The position numbers and the translations under genes were made by a program. 12,229 bases of DNA, taken from assembly GCA_964584035.1 (NCBI GenBank), contig CAZOYL010000045.1, positions 1 to 12,229 on the forward strand, given 5' to 3'. Below, one piece after another: positions 6,480-12,229 of this stretch. Each line of letters starts with the position of its first letter. Position 1 is the stretch's first letter. The notes beneath the pieces are model-generated. The model worked only from the letters and a program-made list of their open reading frames with translations, searched no databases and had not been told where the DNA came from. This DNA comes from an uncultured Gemmatimonadota bacterium (GTDB lineage: Bacteria > SM23-81).

Positions 6480-8796
6480 CTCGTAACCTGTCATGACCTT
6501 CATCGGCAACCGGCTGATGCTCCCGCTTTTCGCTCTTCATTTTATCGTCAGCGGTCTGGGGATATTCCACGCGCTGGTGATAGGTGGCCCCCAGAACCCG
6601 GGCGAAACTGACCTCGATCTGATGTAGATCCTTCAGGGACAGCTCGCAGTTGTCCAACTGCCCGGAGGAAAACTTTTCCTGGACGATCTTGACCACCATG
6701 CCCTTGATCCGGCCGGGGGTCTTCTCCTCCAGCGTCCGCGAGGCCGCCTCCACCCCATCGGCCAGCATGACGATGGCCGCCTCTCTGGTCTCCGGCTTGG
6801 GCCCGGGATACCGATAGGCTCCCTCCACCTCTTTGCCGGAGCCCTGTTCGATGGCCTTGTGGTAAAAGAAGGACATCACCGAGGTGCCGTGATGCTGCTG
6901 GAGAATATCGATGATCGATCCGGGCAAACGGGCCTCCCTGGCCAGTTCGATCCCGTCCTTGATATGGGCGGCCAGGATCAGGCTGCTCATGCTGGGGGCC
7001 AGGCGATCATGCGGATTACGAGTTCCGTGACCTTGATTCTCGACGAAGTACTCCGGTTTCTCCATCTTGCCGATATCATGGTAGTAGGATGCCACCCGGG
7101 CCAGCAGGGAGTGCGCACCGATGGCCTCGGCCGCCGTCTCGGCCAGATACCCGACGTTCATGCTGTGATGGTAGGTCCCGGGAGCCCTTATGGATAACTC
7201 CCTAAGCAGCGGGCGGTTGGTGTCACTCATCTCCAGCAGGGTGATGTCCGTGGTGATATGAAAGAGCCCCTCGAAGATGAACAGGATACCGCTGGTGATG
7301 ATCGGAGCGCTGACGCCGCTGAGCACGCCCAGACCGAAATCTTTGATGACGGCGCCGACCGGGACCAGCCGCATCATGCCGATGAAACCGATGGAAAAGA
7401 TATAGCCCGATGAGATAAATAGCATGGGGCGATAGAACTCACGCCGATGCCGCACTTTGGTGACCGAGTAAGCCGCTACGGTGCCTACGATGAGGGCCAC
7501 CAGCATAGTGGTCAGATCGAATCCTTCCAGATTCCCGAACAACAGAGCGATGGCCAGCGCCATGACCCCTCCCAGCTCGGCATCGAACAGGATGGTGGTC
7601 AGCATAGCGGCGATGGTGATGGGCACCAGGTATTCCGAGGCGCCGGCCACCGATCGCACCAGATAGGCGATGAACATCTGGCCCAGCACGATCAGCGCCA
7701 GCAGAAGCAGCAGCCGGTTATTGGAATAGATCCGGGGACGATAAAAGAATACATAGGCGGCCAGCAGGGCCACCACGAAGACGTTGAACAACAGCCGGCC
7801 GGCGATGGGAAATATCAGGCTCCAGGATCGCCCCAGCGACTCTCTTTCCTCCTTGGCCAGGGTCAGGGAACGCAGTTTTTCCAGCGAGGCCTTGGTGACG
7901 CGCTCATGACTGCCGATGATCTTCTCGTCCTTGAGGACCATCCCCTTGGTCGTGGGAACAGCCTCCATGGCTTCCCGCCGGCGGCGCTCCGTCTCCTCTT
8001 CATTGAACCGCAGATTCGGCCTGAGAAAAGAGATGGCCAGCTCATAGGCGGCTTTCAGGGCGGGATCATCCTTGTTGAAGCGCTGGCGGATCTCCTGTAA
8101 GAGAAGTTTGCTGGCCTGGTCCTCGGTCAGCAGCTCCTGGGGGTCCCGTTTGTACTCCATGTCGCCACGGCGTATCCGGACCGGTGAGGCGGGCAAACCG
8201 GCGGTGAGGCTGTCTCCCGGCACAATGCCCAGCTTGAGGATCGACTCCGTGATCCGGCTCACCGCTTCCTTCACGCCCCCGGCCTTTCTCTCGTTCCCCA
8301 ATAACGTTAGTGATTCTTCGGAGAGCGGCTGCTGCAGGACGGTGCTGAACTGGCCCTCCAGGCGATCCTCCGAGCGGGCCTGGTCGATCTCCAGGAACAA
8401 TTGGCCGATGCGTTCTCGCTGGGCCGGCAGCACGGCGGTGTCATAATCATACAGGGGTAAGATTTCCCTGGCAGCCGCCTCCCGCTCGGTCTCCAGCTGG
8501 GGATCGTCCTTGATCACGAAAAAGGTGAACGGCGCGATGATGTCCGTCTTGGAGATGTCACCCTCTCGGGGCAGACCGACCGGCCGGAAAACCAGGTGCT
8601 CCGGCGCCAGAACGGTGAGAATGGCCACCACTAAAAAACCCAGCACCCACTTGTACAGCGGCGAACCGGTCCAGGGAGAGGGGCTGTGTTCCTCCGGCCG
8701 CAGTTTTCGGGCCTGAGGCGGGGATGGCCGGCCGCGCCAGCGGGCTTTCATACCGTTCTTTGCCCGATCACTCGTCTTTTTTCTCATGCTGTTCAT
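6457..8796 (-). CDS. 7TM-HD membrane phosphohydrolase, PgpH/YqfF family (putative c-di-AMP phosphodiesterase)
   Basis: N-terminal TM helix, large extracytoplasmic domain, multi-TM region, then APGTYHHS, YYHDIGK, YFVENQ, QHHGT, YRYPGPKP, MLADGVEAA and YHQRVEYP. Its position between phoH and ybeY matches the family. The start may be 8796 or 8787. Confidence 0.9.
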   Translation of the reverse strand: MNSMRKKTSDRAKNGMKARWRGRPSPPQARKLRPEEHSPSPWTGSPLYKWVLGFLVVAILTVLAPEHLVFRPVGLPREGDISKTDIIAPFTFFVIKDDPQLETEREAAAREILPLYDYDTAVLPAQRERIGQLFLEIDQARSEDRLEGQFSTVLQQPLSEESLTLLGNERKAGGVKEAVSRITESILKLGIVPGDSLTAGLPASPVRIRRGDMEYKRDPQELLTEDQASKLLLQEIRQRFNKDDPALKAAYELAISFLRPNLRFNEEETERRRREAMEAVPTTKGMVLKDEKIIGSHERVTKASLEKLRSLTLAKEERESLGRSWSLIFPIAGRLLFNVFVVALLAAYVFFYRPRIYSNNRLLLLLALIVLGQMFIAYLVRSVAGASEYLVPITIAAMLTTILFDAELGGVMALAIALLFGNLEGFDLTTMLVALIVGTVAAYSVTKVRHRREFYRPMLFISSGYIFSIGFIGMMRLVPVGAVIKDFGLGVLSGVSAPIITSGILFIFEGLFHITTDITLLEMSDTNRPLLRELSIRAPGTYHHSMNVGYLAETAAEAIGAHSLLARVASYYHDIGKMEKPEYFVENQGHGTRNPHDRLAPSMSSLILAAHIKDGIELAREARLPGSIIDILQQHHGTSVMSFFYHKAIEQGSGKEVEGAYRYPGPKPETREAAIVMLADGVEAASRTLEEKTPGRIKGMVVKIVQEKFSSGQLDNCELSLKDLHQIEVSFARVLGATYHQRVEYPQTADDKMKSEKREHQPVADEGHDRLRDGPETAY

Positions 8797-9751
8797 AAGC
8801 TCTGATGATGTCCTGTACCAGCCGGTGGCGGGCCACGTCTTTCTCCGTGAGATAGACGAACTTGATGCCCTCGATGTCTTTCAGAATGGTCTGTACCTGG
8901 ATCAGTCCCGAGGCGGCCTTGTCGGACAGATCGACCTGGGTGATGTCGCCGGTGACCACCGCTTTGGAATTCACGCCCAGACGGGTCAGGAACATCTTCA
9001 TCTGGGAGATGGTGGAATTCTGGGCCTCGTCCAGGATGACGAAAGAGTTGTTCAATGTCCGGCCCCGCATATAGGCCATCGGAGCGATCTCGATAACGCC
9101 GGTGTCGAGATATTTACGGATCTGTGAGGCCGGCAGCATATCGTAGAGCGCATCATAGAGCGGCTTCAGGTAGGGATCGACCTTGTCTCGCAGGTCGCCG
9201 GGTAAAAATCCCAGGCTCTCGCCGGCCTCCACCGCCGGCCGGGCCAGGATAATCCGTGTAACCGCCTTTTGCTTCAAAGCGTTCACCGCCATAGCCACGG
9301 CCAGATAGGTCTTGCCGGTGCCGGCCGGGCCGATGCTGAAGACCACATCGTGCTCCGCCATGGTCTGGACGTAACGGCGCTGTCCGGCCGTCTTGGGACG
9401 GACCCGTTCCTTCTTGTTGGAGACATGCAGGATGGGCAGCGCTCCGCCGGCCGGAACGTGCTCCAGGTCTTCACGAGTCCGCCGGATGGCCATATCCGTC
9501 TCTTCGGCTCTGGGAATCAGTCCGGAGCGCACCGCGGAGACCAACTCGGCGAACACGGCCGAGACCCGATCGACCTCGAGTTCATCGCCCTCCACCGTGA
9601 TCCGGGATCCCCGGGCGATGATCTTGGCGTCGAACCGTTTCTCGATCAACCGGAGGTTGGCATCGTTGGTGCCAAAAACGGCTCCGGGATCGATCCCCTC
9701 CAGGATGATAGTCTTGCGAACCAAAGCGTCCAATTTTCCGAAACCTTTCAT
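8768..9751 (-). CDS. phoH: PhoH-family ATPase (YbeZ/PhoL-like, with N-terminal KH-like region)
   Basis: GPAGTGKTYLAVA, RPAVEAGESLGFLPGDL, DPYLKPLYDAL, AYMRGRTL, ILDEAQN, GDITQVDL and RHRLVQDIIRAY. An alternative start is TTG 9733, following AAAGGT. Confidence 0.93.
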   Translation of the reverse strand: MKGFGKLDALVRKTIILEGIDPGAVFGTNDANLRLIEKRFDAKIIARGSRITVEGDELEVDRVSAVFAELVSAVRSGLIPRAEETDMAIRRTREDLEHVPAGGALPILHVSNKKERVRPKTAGQRRYVQTMAEHDVVFSIGPAGTGKTYLAVAMAVNALKQKAVTRIILARPAVEAGESLGFLPGDLRDKVDPYLKPLYDALYDMLPASQIRKYLDTGVIEIAPMAYMRGRTLNNSFVILDEAQNSTISQMKMFLTRLGVNSKAVVTGDITQVDLSDKAASGLIQVQTILKDIEGIKFVYLTEKDVARHRLVQDIIRAYEQHEKKDE

Positions 9752-9784
9752 GCATCAGAGATCCGCCGGCATAGGCGGCACATA

Positions 9785-9834
9785 ATAAAAACCTCCCGTC
9801 TCCGGGGAACGCCCGCGGATCGAGAGGTTTTTAT
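9785..9834. terminator. Long hairpin, probable intrinsic terminator of the lipoprotein-LysM unit
   Basis: Outer arms ATAAAAACCTC (9785-9795) and GAGGTTTTTAT (9824-9834), with inner pairing TCCG/CGGA and GGG-AACG-CCC. There is a U5 tract on either strand. Confidence 0.65.
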
Positions 9835-9906
9835 CTTTCATTTCCATCTCATATTGAGGGTGCCACGGCCAGGGACGAATCGAGATGTCCAGCTACAACC
9901 GGCCGC

Positions 9907-10755
9907 TCAGTCTCTGGGGATCGACAGCATCTGGCCCGGGAAGATCATGTCCGGGTCCTTGATCTGATCCTGATTGGCACGATAGATACGCGGCCACTGC
10001 CGAGCATCATTGTAAATCTCCCAGTACGAGGCGATCTTCGATAGATACTCGCCCTCTATCACCGTGTGAGTCGAGGGAAACCCTCTGGGAATATTCAGCA
10101 CCCATCCGGGATAGATCAAATTGGGATCTTTGATCTTATCTTTGTTCGCCCGATAGATACGGGGCCACTTCAGGGGATCATCATAGATCTGGGAATATCC
10201 GGAGATGACGTAGAGGCATTCGCCCTTGACCACCGTATAAGTCCTGGGCAGCTTGGGCAATTTGCCCCTCAGCTCCATCAGCGCTTTGCGCAGTCCGGCC
10301 ATCTTCCGCTGCATGGCGGGTAAGCCGGAAGCCGGCAATTTGTTCAGCTGATCGATCTCCAGCTCGATGCCGTCGATCTCATCACGCTTGAACTCCAGAT
10401 CCTGAGAGCTCATCATCTTCATCCGGTCGATGTGATCCATGATGGCGGCCATTTTCTTGTCCAGCTGATCCACGTCGGCCTGCTTAATGCCCAGCAGACT
10501 ATACATCTCCTGAGTGTTATGAGCAATGCGCTGGTCCATGGTGGCGATCTCAGCCTGGATCCTCTCGATGTTGGCTACCTCTTCGGCGATGGCGGCTTTA
10601 GCATCCATCTCCCGCTGCTGCCAGGAGAGCAGCGTGGCCTCATATTCTTCCCAGCTCATCTTCTCCTGGGCGAAGCCGGCGGAGGTACTCAATGCCAAGA
10701 GCATCACCAGAAAGGAAACCAGCAGAACGGCGCCTTTCGTCAGTGGATTTTTCAT
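9907..10755 (-). CDS. Secreted coiled-coil protein with two C-terminal LysM peptidoglycan-binding domains
   Basis: SD AAGGAG upstream. Signal peptide (…SAGFA-QE), long heptad-rich region, and two LysM repeats: TYTVVKGECLYVIS...WPRIYRANKDKIKDPNLIYPGWVLNIPR and THTVIEGEYLSKIA...WPRIYRANQDQIKDPDMIFPGQMLSIPR. Confidence 0.9.
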   Translation of the reverse strand: MKNPLTKGAVLLVSFLVMLLALSTSAGFAQEKMSWEEYEATLLSWQQREMDAKAAIAEEVANIERIQAEIATMDQRIAHNTQEMYSLLGIKQADVDQLDKKMAAIMDHIDRMKMMSSQDLEFKRDEIDGIELEIDQLNKLPASGLPAMQRKMAGLRKALMELRGKLPKLPRTYTVVKGECLYVISGYSQIYDDPLKWPRIYRANKDKIKDPNLIYPGWVLNIPRGFPSTHTVIEGEYLSKIASYWEIYNDARQWPRIYRANQDQIKDPDMIFPGQMLSIPRD

Positions 10756-10828
10756 GCCGCGATCAACTCCTTTCAGAAGGCTAACGATTGCTTTCCTCTA
10801 TTCATAATCTTATCAAGGTGATCTCAGG

Positions 10829-11110
10829 TTATTTCTTCTTCGCCATCGCCTCCTGAACGGCCTTGAGATCCTCTTCCGACTGCTGCAGCTCTTGCTGTTT
10901 GTCCTGCAGTTTCGCTTCCCACTCCATTCTCTCCTGCTGCTTGGCCTGGGCCTCCTTCTCAGCCGCCAGAGCCGCCTGCTTGGTCATCTCCAGCTGGTTG
11001 AGCTCCTCCGGAGAGGGGTGGCGGGCACAACCGGTCAACAGGGTGCCAGCCAAGAGGGCCAACATCAGGAAAGAAAGCACGGTGAATCGGCATAGCCTCT
11101 TGATGGTCAT
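10829..11110 (-). CDS. Small coiled-coil lipoprotein (93 aa)
   Basis: Strong SD TAAGGAGGTG, 8 nt before ATG 11110. Lipobox LLTG-C, and a helical E/Q/K/A-rich mature part ending AMAKKK. Confidence 0.85.
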   Translation of the reverse strand: MTIKRLCRFTVLSFLMLALLAGTLLTGCARHPSPEELNQLEMTKQAALAAEKEAQAKQQERMEWEAKLQDKQQELQQSEEDLKAVQEAMAKKK

Positions 11111-11162
11111 AGGAACCACACCTCCTTAGGGGTAAAAAGTTACCATCTCTACGTGGTGATGT

Positions 11163-11191
11163 AAATTACCACAATTCCCTTTTATTGTCAA
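11163..11191 (-). promoter_or_regulatory. Sigma70-type promoter for the lipoprotein-LysM unit
   Basis: Minus strand: perfect TTGACA (11191-11186), 17-nt spacer ending in TGG (extended -10), and TAATTT (11168-11163). Confidence 0.75.
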
Positions 11192-11211
11192 GTGATTTTT
11201 CTAACCTTTCC

Positions 11212-12228
11212 TCACTTCTTTTTCCCTTTCCCGTTCGGCCCGGATCTCAACGACAGGCCCAGTTCATCCAACTGAGCCTGGTCCACGGCCGAGGGAGCTC
11301 CGCTCATCAGCGAGGCGCCCTGGGTGGTCTTGGGGAATGGGATAACCTCCCGAATGGAGTCGTATCCGCCCATGATCATGATCAGCCGGTCCAGTCCGGG
11401 CGCGATGCCGCCGTGGGGCGGCACGCCGTAATCAAAGGCCTCCAGTAAAAATCCGAATCGGTCCGCTATCTGCTGCCGGCTGAGTCCCAGCTTCTCGAAT
11501 ACCAGCTCCTGCTGATCGCGGCGATGGATCCGGATGCTCCCGCTGCCCAGCTCAACACCGTTGAGCACAACATCATAGGCCCGAGAACGAATCCGCGTGG
11601 GATCGCTATCGAAGAGATGACCATCCTCCTCTCGAAAACCGGTGAAGGGATGGTGTTCCGACTCGAAGGCGCCGCTGTCGGGGTTCCGGCTGAACAGGGG
11701 GAAATCCACCACCCAGCAGAAGGCATACCGGTCGTTTGGAATTATCTCTTGCCGCCCGGCCACTTCCAGACGAAGGGCCGATAGAGAGGCGGCCACCACC
11801 TGCGCCGGGCCGGCCACCACCAGGACCAGATCACCGTCCTCGACCTCCATGCGCCGGCTCATGGCCTGGAGCTGTTCGGGCTTGAGGAATTTGGCCACCG
11901 CCGACTGCAGGTTGACCTGATCGCCCTCAGCGCCGCCCTTGAATGTGATCAACCCCTTGGCTCCAGAGGTCTTGGCTATGCCGGTGAGGGCATCGATATC
12001 CTTTCGCGAGTAGGCTCCGCAGCCCTTGGCGTTGATGCCCTTAATCTGTCCCCCCCCTTTCAGGACGCTGGAGAAGACGCCGAACTCGGTGTCTGCGAAC
12101 AGGTCGCCGAGATCGGTCAGCTCCAGGCCGAAACGCAGATCGGGTTTGTCCACCCCGAAGCGGCCGATGGCTGACCAGTAATCCAGACGGGGAAAGGGAA
12201 GGGTCAGCTCGACGCCCAGAACCTCCCG
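11212..12228 (-). CDS. aspS: Aspartate-tRNA ligase, C-terminal part (5' end outside the window)
   Basis: The frame is open from 12228 (REVLGVELTLPFPRLDYWSAIGRFGVDKPDLRFG). GAD insert, WVVDFPLF, HHPFT, AYDVVLNGVELGSGSIRIH, PPHGGIAPGLDRL and IREVIPFPKT. Confidence 0.97.
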   Translation of the reverse strand, partial: REVLGVELTLPFPRLDYWSAIGRFGVDKPDLRFGLELTDLGDLFADTEFGVFSSVLKGGGQIKGINAKGCGAYSRKDIDALTGIAKTSGAKGLITFKGGAEGDQVNLQSAVAKFLKPEQLQAMSRRMEVEDGDLVLVVAGPAQVVAASLSALRLEVAGRQEIIPNDRYAFCWVVDFPLFSRNPDSGAFESEHHPFTGFREEDGHLFDSDPTRIRSRAYDVVLNGVELGSGSIRIHRRDQQELVFEKLGLSRQQIADRFGFLLEAFDYGVPPHGGIAPGLDRLIMIMGGYDSIREVIPFPKTTQGASLMSGAPSAVDQAQLDELGLSLRSGPNGKGKKK

Positions 12229-12229
12229 G

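Noticed and set aside
9915..10240. Nucleotide repeat (CGATAGATACGxGGCCACT twice) inside the LysM gene
   Set aside because: It is fully explained by the two LysM domains.

Overview
GC-rich bacterial chromosomal window, mostly housekeeping and envelope genes, with no mobile element or CRISPR. Plus strand: 3' part of a type II P-type ATPase, a PepSY-like lipoprotein, a radical SAM gene that looks broken near 3060 (its C-terminus sits in the +1 frame), and an LPG-synthase/flippase-like membrane protein. Minus strand: 3' part of aspS, a coiled-coil lipoprotein plus double-LysM protein pair, then phoH, a PgpH-like 7TM-HD phosphohydrolase, ybeY and a CNNM/CorC-type gene, and an initiator tRNA-Met with its own promoter and terminator. 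The most unusual element lies between ybeY and the CNNM/CorC gene: five in-register 41-bp units (5821-6025). On the minus strand they form four 14-codon mini-ORFs, each with an SD and each joined to the next by an ATGA stop/start overlap. The last one overlaps the probable start codon of the CNNM/CorC gene. The frame survives in the diverged copies, which suggests a translational-coupling relay of leader peptides (inference, untested).
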